In this document: positions 17,680 through 39,605 of the stretch, piece after piece
Position numbering within the stretch: position 1 is the stretch's first letter
Layout: each line of letters begins with the position of its first letter
NCBI RefSeq assembly: GCF_009914755.1
Contig: NC_060931.1
Length of the DNA: 64,000 bases
Direction: 5' to 3' (one strand)
Origin: the human T2T-CHM13v2.0 reference genome, Homo sapiens
Notes under the pieces: model-generated
Told to the model about the DNA's origin: nothing
Database searches by the model: none
Seen by the model: the letters and a program-made list of their open reading frames with translations, nothing else
Made by a program: the position numbers and the translations under genes

Positions 17680-18772
17680 TGGAGGCCAGGAGGGCTGACT
17701 GTGAGTGCCGGGTGCCATGTGGAGGGGCCAGGAGGGCCGACTGTGAGTGCCAGGTGCCATGTGGAGAGGCCAGGAGGGCCGACAGTGAGTGCTGGGCATC
17801 ATGTGGGGAGGCGAGGAGGGGAGGCCAGGAGGGCTGACTGTGAGTGCTGGGCATCATGTGGGGAGGCGAGGAGGGGAAGCCAGGAGGGCCGACTGTGAGT
17901 GCCGGGTGCTGTGTGGGGAGGCCAGGAGGGCCGACTGTGAGTGCTGGGTGCCATGTGGAGAGGCCAGGAGGGCCGACTGTGAGTGCTGGGCACCATGTGG
18001 GGATGCCAGGAGGGCCGACTGTGAGTGCCGGGCACCATGTGGGGAGGCGAGGAGGGGAGGCCAGGAGGGCCGACTGTGAATGCCGGGTGCCATGTGGGGA
18101 GGCCAGGAGGGCCGACTGTGAGTGCCGGGCGCCATGTGGGGTGGCCAGGAGGGCCGACAGTGAGTGCCGGGTGCCATGTGGAGGGGCCAGGAGGGCCGAC
18201 TGTGAGTGCCGGGCGCCATGTGGGGATGCCAGGAGGGCCGACTGTGAGTGTCGGGCGCCATGTGGGGAGGCGAGGAGGGGAGGCCAGGAGGGCCGACTGT
18301 GAATGCCGGGTGCCATGTGGGGAGGCCAGGAGGGCCGACTCTGAGTGCCAGGTGCCATGTGGGGTGGCCAGGAGGGTTGACTGTGAGTGCTGGGCACCAT
18401 GTGGGGAGGCGAGGAGGGCAGACTGTGAGTGCCGGGTGCCATGTGGGGAGGCGAGGAGGGGAGGCCAGGAGGGCCGACTCTGAGTGCCAGGTGCCATGTG
18501 GGGAGGCCAGGAGGGCCGACTGTGAGTGCCGGGCGCCATGTGGGGTGGCCAGGAGGGCCGACTGTGAGTGCCGGGCACCATGTGGGGAGGCCAGGAGGGC
18601 CGACTGTGAGTGCTGGGTGCCATGTGGGGAGGCGAGGAGGGGAGGCCAGGAGGACTGACTGTGAGTGCCGGGTGCCATGTGGGGAGGCCAGGAGGGCCGA
18701 CTGTGAGTGCTGGGTGCCATGTGGAGAGGCCAGGAGGGCCGACCGTGAGTGTCGGGCACCATGTGGGGAGGC
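17680..18772. repeat. 42-bp G-rich VNTR (~24 copies) with an occasional 13-bp insert GCGAGGAGGGGAG
   Basis: Unit gccaggagggccgactgtgagtgccgggtgccatgtggggag; 14-aa periodicity in the ORF track. Confidence 0.96.
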
Positions 18773-19000
18773 ATTGCTTTCTCTGTGGGAGCGAGGTGGC
18801 TGGGCTGCAGAGTTACTGTGTGGCGTTGGGGTGACAGCAGTGTCTGACCATGGACCATGACATGAATAGGGTTTTTCCTTACACAAGGGTAACAGATTAA
18901 GTTTTCAGGAATATATCTGACAGTGGAATTGAGGAGTGAAGGGGGCAGTGGTAGTTCTGTAAGTTTTCCTCCTTTTATTGTAACATTTATAAAGACAGCA

Positions 19001-19772
<772 letters not shown>

Positions 19773-19931
19773 TGAGATTTGTGGCCTAGTAGTAGTAATT
19801 TAGGAAAAACGCAACTCAAGTCTTGATTACGTGGTTAGTATAGACAGATTACTGATCTCCTAAGGAATGTGCTGTCACATATTTTGATTATATCGTGAAT
19901 GTACTTTTAACAGATATTTGGAAATCTATCA

Positions 19932-24035
<4,104 letters not shown>

Positions 24036-24256
24036 CATAATCACCCTTTTATATATACTTTTATCCATTTTCTTTACATTTAATTATCTAATTTACTAAA
24101 AATAACTGGTAAAAATAGTTATTTTAAAAGGTACTTGTGATGTACATGCTGTTGTTAAATTTTGAATCTGTGCTTGTTTTGTGGGGTTTACTAATTATGC
24201 TTACTTCATTCCGATATGCTAATAAATGGTTATGGGATTATATTTTTGTTTGATAG

Positions 24257-24312
24257 AATGGTGAACACAGAAATCGAGGTGCAAGCTCAAAAAGAGATGG
24301 GACCAGCAGCCA
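24257..24312 (+). CDS. DYNC2I1: Exon 6, 56 nt, NGEHRNRGASSKRDGTSS(Q)
   Basis: tttgatag acceptor, CA|gtaagg donor; phase 0-2. Confidence 0.9.
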
Positions 24313-25017
24313 GTAAGGATTGCATGCCCTGTGGTCGACCTTTACGTGTGCCGCTCTCATGGAATGCTTCAGGGAATTTTCTTATTGGCTCCGATGACGG
24401 CCAGTCCATGGCAATCAGTTATAGATATACTTCATTTTCTCTAGATTTTACCCCTTAGCCCCTCCAAATGGGTTGGTAGGTTTTTGGAATACTGGAGGAG
24501 CTTGGAAACTTAATATATTATTAGCTTTCTTTGGCCTTTTAAATTAATTATATTTTAATTTTTTCATTTTAATATTATTGTTTGTATTTATTGCCTCAGG
24601 ATCTACTTTTGTCCTTTTTAACATTTGCTCATGCAAAATTAGAAAATTGGTACTCACTTTGGGGAGAATAATTCACTTGGGAGTCACTTAATGTGCAAGA
24701 GGGAGTCCTCCCTGCCTGAAGCTAAAGCAAATCCGCAGGTGGGCAGTTTTGCACCTTTACGCACCTGAGCAAACCATTCTGGTTCACAGCCACTAAAAAC
24801 AGGACGTGCCGGCGAGTCCCCCTCTGCCCACTGTTTATCACTTGTGAACACACGGGATAACATTCCGCCCTCAGGCCTTGGCAGAGACCCCCAGAGCTGG
24901 GGGTGGGGGTCAGCCTTGGTTGGAATTTCCTGTCTACCTCTTAGTTGCAGTGTTGGGTGGCTTTTCGCTAAAGCAGTGATGATAATTCCTGTCTCGTGTG
25001 GGTTTTGCAATACATAA

Positions 25018-26592
<1,575 letters not shown>

Positions 26593-26713
26593 TGTAGTAG
26601 TTCTTAATCATATCAAAATATTGTTAAGAGCTTTCACTGATATGGAAAATGTTTTATTTTTTAAAAGCTCTCATTTAAAGTAAGTTTTGATTTTGATTAT
26701 GTTTGCTTTCCAG

Positions 26714-26768
26714 GCATGCTGAGAATTTAGTAAGGAATCATGGAAAAGATAAAGATTCAAGACGGAAG
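26714..26768 (+). CDS. DYNC2I1: Exon 7, 55 nt, HAENLVRNHGKDKDSRRK
   Basis: ctttccag acceptor, AAG|gtaagg donor; phase 2-0. Confidence 0.91.
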
Positions 26769-26914
26769 GTAAGGCAGTCTCCACTGAGAATACATTGATT
26801 TTATGGTACATTGAGATTAACCATAATCTTACTTTGGGCTTCCCCTTGAAACCAGAGGCCGAGACAGGGCTCATTTGCAGATGGTTTATTCGAGTGGTGA
26901 TCCCAGAAGGCACA

Positions 26915-27440
26915 CTGGAGACTCACTTTAGGTTAGAAGATGCAAATTGATTGAAAGTAAAAAGGTGGACAAAGAGAATCTATCAGACAGCAGCTATGAG
27001 AGGGCTGGATTGGCTACACTAGTATCAGATAAAACAGATTTTGAGACAGAAAGTGTTACTAGAGAGAGACAATTCAGAATGAGCAAATAATTGGTTCAGC
27101 AGAAGGCGATAAAACAATTGTAAATGGATATTTACCTAACAAGAGGGTCCCAAAACACAAGCAGCAAAAACTGACAGAATTGAAGGGAGAAAGAGACAAT
27201 TAATAATAATAGTAACTTTAGCACCCCACTTTCAGTAACAGGTAGGACAATATTTTATGGTAACAAATTAGGTAATTTAGATGAAAGGACAAATTCCTAG
27301 AGACTATCAGTTACTAAAACTGCTGGAAGCAGTAGCCTGAATAGACCTATAGTGAGTCAAGACATTGCGTTTGTGTTACAGATCTCCCCACAAAGTCGCT
27401 CAGGCTCTGATGGCTTCTCTGGCAAATTCTACCAAGCACA
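26915..27440 (+). mobile_element. Old L1 (L1M) ORF2 endonuclease-region fragments
   Basis: gaaagtaaaaaggtgga, atcagataaaacagattt and ctgacagaattgaagggagaaa are typical of L1 ORF2. Confidence 0.75.
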
Positions 27441-27652
27441 TGTTATTAATAGACACTTGTTACTAACACACAATCATCATCCCTCTCCTTGCATAATTGT
27501 TTCCATGTGTTAAGCTACCTTGTGACATGTATTTATGCACAGGGAGAATTGTACCCTGTGCTGAGCTTGTCAATTAGTACATCAGCGTTTCTCCACAGTC
27601 TTCATTATCTTCACTGTCTCCATTAGGATCATAAGAGTAGGCTTTGTAATGA

Positions 27653-27996
<344 letters not shown>

Positions 27997-28725
27997 TGAG
28001 CCACCGCACCCAGCCTTTTTGTTTTGTTATTACAGATAATGTGGCAAGCATATTTTGGATTCTATGAATTATTTCTGGAGAATAATTTTTTCTTCTTTGA
28101 TCGTTATCTGAAACCCATGATTCTGAGGTAATCATATTTAACAATTTTGTGCCATACATACATATATATATATATATACGTTGAGATGGAGTCTCACTCT
28201 GTTGCCCAGGCTGGAGTGCAGTGGCGTGATCTCAGCTCACCTCAACCTCTGCCTCCTGGGTTCAAGCGATTCGTGCCTCAGCCTCCTGAATAGCTGGGAT
28301 CACAGGCATGCGCCACCACACCCAGCTAATTTTTGTATTTTTAGTAGAGACAGGGTTTCACCATGTTGGCCAGGCTGATCTTGAACTCCTGACCTTAGGT
28401 GATCCACCTGCTTTGGCCTCCCAAAGTGCTGGGATTACAGGCGTGAGCCACTGCGCTTGGCCTTTGTGCAGTATTTTTATGAATTGCTTTATTCTATGTC
28501 CGTACACAAACATAATTTTACATAAATTAGGTCATACAGCACCTGTTGTTTTGACGTGGATGTTTTATTTCTTTAATTTTGGTGGTGGTGGTTGGATTGC
28601 TTATTATCTGGCTATAGCCACACATTTACCACAGAAAAAAATACCTACAAATATTTCTTCTCATATAATCTTTTATAATCATATATTGGTATGTATATTT
28701 AGGAGTTTGGAAGCCAGTTTTAAAC

Positions 28726-28730
<5 letters not shown>

Positions 28731-28758
<28 letters not shown>
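28731..28758. repeat. (CA)14 microsatellite
   Basis: Read directly. Confidence 0.95.
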
Positions 28759-28761
<3 letters not shown>

Positions 28762-28793
28762 CTCCTGTTTTTCTTTTTTTTTTTTTTTTTTGA

Positions 28794-28901
<108 letters not shown>

Positions 28902-29254
28902 TAGCTGGGACTACAGGCGCCTGTCACCACACCTGGCTAATTTTTTGTATTTTTAGTGGAGACAGGGATTCACCATGTTAGCCAGGGTGGTCTCGATCTC
29001 CTGACCTCATGATCCACCTGTCTCGGCTTCCCAAAGTGCTGGGATTACAGGTGTGAGCCACCACGTCTGGCCACCCCTCCTGTTTTTCCTAGTTCATAGT
29101 GGAAATCCCTCCAGTTTGGACGATATAGATCTACCGCATTTTTTTTGTGGATACATTTCTTGAAGTGGAATTGTGGAAATACTGGATGAAAACGTATAGA
29201 TTTCTTTTCCTATTTTCTTCATGTTTCCCAATTTTGTCTCTAAGCTCCAGGTTG

Positions 29255-30010
<756 letters not shown>

Positions 30011-30957
30011 TTTCTTTTCCAGAGGAGTAAAATATATGATGTGTTTTTTTCTAGAAAAATTTCAGTTGATTGTGAATGTATCTAACAGCTTGTTTTGGCT
30101 CTGATTAGATCCTGATTTTACAGCAGCAACACTGAATTTATCTTGGTTCAATTCTTCAGCATTTATGGAGTGCCTGCTATGTGCCAGAATAGTTTTCTGG
30201 ACACATGGGAAGTTCTTTTTCTATTTTCTTCATGAATAATACTTTATACTGTCACCAGTTTTAGACACTGCCTAGTTTTGGGTAGTGACTTCTTTTTTTT
30301 TTTCTTTGAGACTGAGTTTCGCTCTTGTCGCACAGGCTGGAGTGCAACCTCTGCCTCCTGAGTTCAAGAGATTTTCCTGCCTCAGCCTCCCAAGTAACTG
30401 GGATTATAGGCACCCGCCACCATGCCTGGCTAATTTTTTTATTTTTAGTAGAGACGGGATTTCACCATGTTGGCTAGGCTGGTCTTGAACTCCTGACCTC
30501 AGGTGATCCGCCCGCCTCGGCCTCCCAGAGTGCTAGTATTACAGGCGTGAACCACTGTGCCCAGCCTGGGTAGTGACTTCTAAGTACATAGATCTTCCTA
30601 GTGTCATTGACAAAGGTGACATTTGCAAGGCTTTTTCTTCATCAGATGCAGGGATCTGGACTTCATGTGTATCCTTTTATCCACTCCTCTCACTGCTACT
30701 GTGAAGCAGATGCCATAATTCTGATTTTTCAGAAGGGAAAGCCGAGGCACAGAGGGTTGAAGATACTTGCTCTAAGTCACACAGTTTGTCAGCCACCAGG
30801 CTGGGACCTGCATCCCAGAGCGTTAGTTTCGTAGTCTGTGCACCTGTTTGCTGAGGGCTGGCGGGCTCCGCAGTGGTGGGGTGGGGGGGAGCTGCGTGGC
30901 GTGTGCCCTGGAGTCCCACCTGTGTCCTGGCTGATGGGGCTGTTCTCTCTCCATTAG

Positions 30958-31113
<156 letters not shown>

Positions 31114-31548
31114 TAGTGCAATTATTGTCCCTTTCAGACAGCAGAACATGAGCATGAAGGGACAGATGAGATTTTCATATGAAATTCATACTTGCCCTTG
31201 TTTGAAGTCCTCGGTCATGTTGAAAGCTGTCTGGGTTGTGGGGGTCAAGGAATGTAACTGGGTTGTGTGCACACCGTCAGGTACTTGAGCCTCTTTCTTC
31301 CTGGAAGAGGAGAGGATTTTGCAAAGAAATTGGAGGGAAGAGGTTTAGGGTGAATGAACAGACAGCCTTCCCATTGTTGCTCTGTGTGTAAGTTGAAGAA
31401 AGTGAGGAGATTTGAAGACACCTAATAGAGAAATCACAAAAGACACGATCCAGGCCATGGTTGCTGAGAATTACACAAAGTTATAAATAATTTTCAGAAT
31501 ATATATGCAAAACTGGATAGATCAAGGAAATGCAGGTATCCTCATATA

Positions 31549-31678
31549 AGGGAAGAATTGCGGACGGGGCCTCTGAAGGACGTAGCGCGGAGCTTGATGC
31601 AGAGCACGGCCTCGTGTGAGGGAAGAATTGCGGACGGGGCCTCTGAAGGACCTGGAGCGGAGCTTGATGGAGAGCACT
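31549..31678. repeat. 70-bp two-copy tandem duplication
   Basis: agggaagaattgcggacggggcctctgaaggac at 31549 and 31619. Confidence 0.9.
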
Positions 31679-32356
31679 TGGGGCTCTCCTCGGGGCAGGT
31701 GAACTCCTGGTGATGGGGGTTTCTTGTTCCTTCTCAGGGGTGCGTGCCCCAGTGTGGTTCTAGCTCTGCACAGAAGTGACGGTGTCTGCTGCGTACTCCA
31801 CTGTCTCCTCACCTGGCTGAGTGCCTGGCCCACACTAGGTGTGTTTGCAGAGTAAATGAACTGTAGTTTCAAAATCCTGGCCAGACATAGGACTTGACTA
31901 AAAGCCACTGGGTCTGCTGAGTTGTACGAGAATAAGAAATGTGATGGTGTTAGTTTTCGTTGAAAATTCCTGTTTTCTTCTTGTCAGTCAGCAGGCGTTG
32001 TATTTACTGATACAATAAATGTAGTATATGTTATTTAATATAATGTACCATGACTTTATATGATAATGTGCAATGACTTTATATGATAATGTGCCAAGAG
32101 GACCTTATTTATTTTTATAAGACTTTATTATTTTTTATTTTATATTTATTTTGAGTCAGGGGCTCGCTCTGTTGCCCAGGCTGGAGTGCAGTGGCACGAT
32201 CATAGCTCAGAGCAGCCTTAGACTCTTGGGATCAAGCGATTCTCCTGCCTCAGCCTTTTGAGTAGTTGGGATCATAGGCATGAGACACTACTCCTGGCTA
32301 AGACTTTATTTTTTTTTTAGAGCAGTTTTAAGTTTCCATCAAAATTGAGAGGAAGG

Positions 32357-32711
<355 letters not shown>

Positions 32712-33010
32712 CTATTATCAATGTACCCTACCAGAGTGGTGCATTTGTTACAGTTGATGAGCCTACGTTGATGTGTCATTATCATCCGAAGTCCAAGATT
32801 TATGTTAGGGTTCACTCTTGGTCTTAAACATTCTGTGGGTTTGGACAAATGGGTCATGACGTGGATCCACCACAGGGCATCATGCAGAGTGGTTTCACTG
32901 CCCTAAAACCCCTGTGCTCCGGCTGTTCATCCCTCCCTTCCCCCTTATTCATGGTAATCACTGATCTTGTCTGTGTCTGTATAGCTTTGCCCTTTCCAGA
33001 GTGTCTTATA

Positions 33011-34144
33011 CAGCTGCTCCTCAACTTGTGACAGGGTTACATCCCAGTAAACCCATAGTGAGTTGAAAGTATCGTGATTTGAAAATGCGTTTAATATGCC
33101 TAACTACTGAAGCTTAGCCCAGCCTACCTTAAATGTGCTCCAAACAGTTACGTTATCCTACAGTTGGCAAAATCATTTGACACAAAACCTATTTTGTAAT
33201 AAGGTGTTTAATATCTCATATAATTTATTGACTGCAGCACACTGTAGAGTATTGGTTGTTCAGCCTCTTGGTCACGTGGCTGCCTGGGAGGTGTGGCTGC
33301 TGCTGTTGCCAGCATCATAACAGTATTGTACCACATATCGTACTGCATGTCACACCGCATATCATACCATATATCATAGTGCATATCCTACTGCATATCG
33401 TACCACATATCGTACTGCATGTCACACCGCATATCATACCATATATCATAGTGCATATCCTACTGCATATCGTACCACATATTGTAATGCATGTCACACC
33501 GCATATCATACCGTATATCATACCGTATGTCATAGTGCATATCCTACCACATATTGTACCACATATCATATCGTAACACATGTCACACTACATATCATAC
33601 CGCATATTATACCATCTATCATAGTGCTTATTCTACTGCACATCTTACTGCATATCATACTGCATATTGTAATGCATGTCACACCACATATCATACCGTA
33701 TATCATAGTGCATATCCTACCACATATCATACCACATATTGTAACACATGTCACACCACATATCATACCACATATTATACCGTATAGCAAAGTGCATATC
33801 CTACTGCATATCCTACCGCATATCATACCGCATATCCTACCGCATATCCTACCGCATATCCTACCACATATCGTACATCATAATGCATGTCACACTACGT
33901 ATCATACTACATATCATACCGTATATCATAGTGCATATCCTACCACATATCGTACTGCATGTCACACCATATATCATGGCGCATATCCTACCACATGTCC
34001 TACTGCATATCATACTGCATGTCACTAGTCCAGGAAAAAAACAAAATCCAAAGTAGTTTCCACTCAGTGCGTTTTGCTTTCTCAGCATTGTAAAGTAAAA
34101 AAAAATAATAATACATTGAATCATTGTAAGTTGCAGATTGTCTG
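33011..34144 (+). mobile_element. MER47B/Tigger5-type DNA transposon expanded by an internal minisatellite
   Basis: cagctgctcctcaactt...taagttgcagattgtctg flanked by TA; the L1 sequence resumes after the TA. Confidence 0.8.
33323..34025. repeat. 12-bp minisatellite (CATATCATACCG-type, ~58 units) with 72-bp higher-order blocks
   Basis: 33331-33402 is identical to 33403-33474; 4-aa periodicity (PHII) in the ORFs. Confidence 0.93.
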
Positions 34145-36640
34145 TAGTTAGAATCATACTGTTTGTAGCCTTTTCCAGATTGGCTTCTTTCATTTAGTGA
34201 TATGCATTTTAAGGTCCCCCTGTGTCTCTTCAAGGCTTTTAATAACTCATTTCTTCTAGTGCTGAATAATATCCATTGTAGGGATGTACTGTAGTCTATC
34301 CACTCACTAACTGAAGGACATCTTGGTTGCTTCCAAGTTTTGGCAAGTATGAATAAATGTGCTATAAACATCTGTGTGCAGGTTTTTGTGTGAACAAGTT
34401 TCCAGCTCTACTGGGTAACTACCAAGGAGTGTGATTGCTGGATCATATGATGAGAGTATGTTTAGTTTTGTTGATAAATTGCGAAGCCATCTTCCACAGT
34501 GGCCATAGGGTTTTGCCTTCCCCAGCAATGAATGTGAGTTCCTGTGCCTCCACATCCTCACCTGCATTCGGTGTTGTTGGTGTTCTGGATATAAAAGGAT
34601 CACCGTCCTTTTAATTTGCATTTTCCTGGTGACATGTGATGTGGAGCATCTTTTTGTATGTTTGTTTGCCATCTGTATATCTTGTTTAGTGGAGTGGGGT
34701 GTCTGTTAAGATCTTTGGCCCATTTTTTTATTGTTGAGTTTTAAGAGTTCTCTGTGTGTTTTGGATAACACTGCTTTGTCAGTTGTCTTTTGCAAATATT
34801 TTCTCTCAGTCTGTGACTTGTCTTCCTGTTGACATTGTCTCTTACAGAACAGAAGTTTTTAATTTTTATGAAGTCCAGCTTATCAATTTTTTCTTTCATG
34901 GATTATGCTTTTGGTGTTGTATCTAAAAAGTCATCTCCATACCTAAAGTCATCTAGATTTGTCCTGTGCTATTTCCTAAGAGTTTATGGTTTCGCATTTT
35001 ACACTTAGGTCTGTGATCTGTTTCGAGTGTGTTTTCTTGAGGGGTGTAAGGTCTGTCTAGATCATAGTGTGAATGTTTATTTGTTCCAGCACCATTTTTT
35101 GTGGAGACTATCATTCATTCATTGTACCGTATTGCCATTGCTCCCTTTTCAAAGATCAGTTGATGTATTTATGTGGGTCTATTTCTGGGCTCTTTGTTCT
35201 GTTGCATTCATCTATTTGTCCACTCTTTTCGCCAGTACACACTGTCTTGATTGCTATAGCTTTGTAGTGGGTCTTGACATCAGGTCATGTCAGTTCTCCA
35301 ACTTTGTTCTCCTTCAATGTTGTGTTGACTATTCTGGATCTTCTGCCTCTACATCTGACTTTAGAGTCGGTTTGCCAATATTCATACAATTCTGAAATTT
35401 CTATTGCGATTGCATGGAATCTATAGGTCAAGTTGGGAAAAACTGACATCTTGACAGATTTGAGTCTCATTTGTGAACATGGAATATCTGTCCATTTATT
35501 TAGTTCTTTGTTTTTGCTTAGCAGAGCTTTATAATTTTTCTCATAGAGATCTTGTACATATTTTGTTAGATTAATACCTGTTTGATTTTTGAGGGTGCTA
35601 ATATAAGTAATAATCTGTTTTTAATTTCAGATTATACTCGTTCCTTGCTGGTATATAGGAAAGCGACTGACTTTTGTATACTCACTCTGTGTTCTGTGAC
35701 CTTGCTGTAATTGCTTATTATTTCCAGTCAGGTTTTTTTTGTTCAATTCTTTCATATTTTCTGCGAAGAAAGTTTAATTTCTTCCTTCCCAATCAGTATA
35801 CTTTTTATTTCCTTTTCTTATTTCATTAGTTAGAACTTCCAGCATGATGCTGACACGGAGTGGTGAGATGATATAGTCTTTGTTTTCAATCTTAGTGGGA
35901 AAACTGAGTTTCTCACTTAGGTATGATATTAGCTGTATGTTTTTTTGTAGATGTTCTTTATCAAGTGGAGGAAATTTCTCTCTATTCCTAGTTTACTAAG
36001 AGTTTTATCATTAATGGTTGTTGGATTTTGTCAAATGTTTTTTCTCCATTTACTGATATGATCTTATGATTTTTCTCTTTTAGCCTGTTGATTTGATGGA
36101 TTACATTAATTGATCCTTCAATGTTGAACCAGGCTTGCATACCTGGGATAAATGCCAGTTGGTTGTGGTGTATGATTCTTTTTATTTTTTATCTTTTGTT
36201 TTTTTGAGGCAGGGTGTTAACTCTGTCGCTCAGACTTGAGTGCAGTGGGGTGATCATGGCTCATTGTAGCCTCAACCTGTCATGCTCAAGCAATCTTAAC
36301 CACCTTAGCCTCCTGAGTAGCTGGGACTACAGGCATGTGCCACCATGCCCAGCTAGTTTTTAAATTTTTTGTAGAGACAGGGTCTTAAGATCTCACCTAG
36401 GCTGGTCTTGAACTCCTGGGCTCAAGTGATCTTACTGCCTTGGCCTCCCAGAGTGCTGGGATTACAGGTGTGAGCCACTGTGCCTGGCCCTATGTGATTC
36501 TTTGTATACATTGTTGGCTTTGATTTGGTACAATTGTGTTGCAGATTTTTGCATCTGTATTCGTGAATGATATTGGTCTGTAGTTTTTTTTTTTTTTCTT
36601 GTAATATCTTTGTCTGGATCATGCTGGCCTCATAGAATGA

Positions 36641-37025
<385 letters not shown>

Positions 37026-38725
37026 TAATTTCTTTATTAAATGTTTGGTAGAATTCACCAGTATTAGTGCTTTCTAGCACTAGCTGGGCCTTGTGTTTTC
37101 TTTTTTAGAAGGTTATTAATTATTGACTTGATGTCTTAATAGGTATAGGCCTATTCAAATTGTCTGTTTCTTCTAGTGTGAGTTTTAGCAACTGTGTCTT
37201 TGATGAAATTGGCCCATTTTACTAGGTTATCAAATTTATGGGCATAGAGCTGTTCATGGTATTACTTGATTATCCTTTTAATGTCATGGGATCTGCAGTG
37301 ATGTCCTCTTTTACCTTTCTGACGCTAGTAATTTGGATCCACTTTCTTTTTTTTCCTTAGTTAGCTTGGCCTAGAAGTGTACTGATTTATTGGTATTTTC
37401 AAAAAAGACAGCTTTTGATTTCATTGATTTTTCTCTGTTGATTTCCTATTTTTAATTTTGATTTCTGCTCTAATTATTATTATTTCTTTTTTCTGCTTAC
37501 TTCAGATTTAATTTGCTCTTATTTTTCTAGTTAATCCAAGCTAGAAACTTAGATGATTGATTTTAGATCTTTCTTCTTTTCTAATATATGCATTCAACAT
37601 TGTAAATTGCCCTCTAAGCACTGCTTTTGTTTGCATTCCACAAATTCTGATAAGTTTTCATTTCTATTTAGTTCAAAATGCTTTTACATTTCTCTTGAGA
37701 TTTGTTTTTTAGCCTCTGTGTTATTTAGAAATATGTTGTTTAATCTTCATATATTGTGGGATTTTCCAGTTATTTTTCTGTTACTGATTTCTAGTGTGAT
37801 TCCATTGTGACCTGAGAGCAGATGTATAATTTCCATTCTTTAATATTTGTTAAGGTATGTTTTATGGCCCAGAATATGGGCTATCATGGTGAATTATATG
37901 CCAGCTTGATAAGAATGTGTATTCTGCTGTTGTTGGGTGAAGCAGTCTAACGCTGCCCATTATACCCGGTTCACTGATGGTGCCGTGGAGTTCAGCTATA
38001 TCCTTACTCATGTTCTGCCTGTTGGATTTGTCCATTTCTGATAGAGGGATGTTGAAGTCTCCAGCTGTAATAGTGGATTCATCTATTTCTTCTTGCACTT
38101 CTATTAGTTTTTGACTTAAATAATTTGACCCTCACACATATTAAGGATTGTTATGTCTTTCATTAAAGACATAAAATTGGCATCTTTATCATTGTGTAAT
38201 GCCCTTCTTTATTCATGTTGACTCTCTTTACTTTGAAGTGTGCTGCGTCAGAAATTAATATAATGACTTTTGCTTTCTTTTGATTAGTGTGAGCATGGTA
38301 TATTTTTCTTCATTTGGGTTTCCTGAAGACAATAAGTAGATGGATCTTGTTTTTTGATCCTCTCTGACAATCTCTGTCTTGTGATTGGTACATTTAGATC
38401 ATTGATGTTCAAAGTAATTATTGATATATTGGATTAGTATCTGCCATATTTGTTACTATTTTTTATTTGTTGCCCTTGTTATTTGTTCCTGTTTTTGTCT
38501 TTCATTCTTTTTTTGCCTTCTGTGGTTTTAATAGAACATCTTATGATTCTATTTTCTCTCCTTTCTTAGCATATCAGTTAAAGGTTGTTTTTTTTTTTAA
38601 CTTTTTAAAGTGGTTTAAATACATTTACAACCAATACAAGTCCACTTTTGAATAAGACTGTATCACTCCCATTCCTTGTATCCTTGCTGTCATTCATTTT
38701 ACTTGTGTATAAGCAGACATAAGCA

Positions 38726-39033
38726 TGTTATCCCTTGGTATTGGAACAGGATTGGTTCCTGGACCCCCTGTGGATACTAAAATCTGCAAACGCTCAAGTT
38801 CCTTAAGTAAAATGGCATAGGATTTGCATATAACCTATGCATGTTCTCCCATGTATTTTAAGTCATCTCTAGATTGCTTATAAAACCTAATACAATGTAA
38901 ATGCTATGTAAATAGTTGTTATACTGTATTTTAAAATTTGTATTATTTTTTATTTTTATTTTTCCAAATATTTTTGGTCTGTGGTTGGTTGAATCCATGG
39001 ATGTGGAACCCACAGATAAGGAGGGCTAACTAT
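38726..39033 (+). mobile_element. MER2-family MITE (second copy)
   Basis: cccttggtat...ggaccccc...gcatataacctatgc...gaacccacagataaggagggc; similar to 19001-19326. Confidence 0.8.
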
Positions 39034-39249
39034 GCATATGTGTACACAAACACACATACACACACACGGATAAATACCTAAGCATACGTAATTGAATACA
39101 TTTTTGCTACTATTATTCTGAACAAACTGTTATCTGTTAGATCAATTAAGGAAAAGAAAAGGAAGAGTTATTTCCCTTTACTTATTTCTTCTTCCATCTT
39201 TTCTTTTTTTTATATAGACCCAAGTTTCTGACCTATATTATTTTCCTTC

Positions 39250-39605
39250 TGATAACGGTTTGGCTGTGTCCCCACCCAAATCTCAACTTGAGTTTATCTC
39301 CCAGAATTCCCACATGTTGTGGGAGGGACCCAGGGGGAGGTAATTGAATCATGGGGCCTGGTCTTTCCCATGCTATTCTCGTGATAGTGAATACATCTCA
39401 TGAGATCTGATGGGTTTATCAGGGGTTTCTGCTTTTGCCTCTTCCTCATTTTCTCTTCCTGCCACCACGTTCAAGAAGTGCCTTTTGCCTCCTGCCATGA
39501 TTCTGAGGCCTCCCCAGCCATGTGGAACTGTAAGTCCAATGAAACCTCTTTTTCTTCCCAGTCTCGGTTATGTCTTTATCAGCAGTGTGAAAACGGACTA
39601 ATACA
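39250..39605 (+). mobile_element. THE1 (THE1A-like) MaLR solo LTR
   Basis: tgataacggtttggctgtgtccccacccaaatctc...aaaacggactaataca; 5-bp TSD CCTTC. Confidence 0.93.

Noticed and set aside
17513-18886. 457-aa, 334-aa and 274-aa minus-strand ORFs
   Set aside because: Translations of the 42-bp VNTR; open in several frames on both strands only because the unit lacks stops
33256-34193. His/Ile-rich repetitive ORFs
   Set aside because: Product of the 12-bp minisatellite inside MER47
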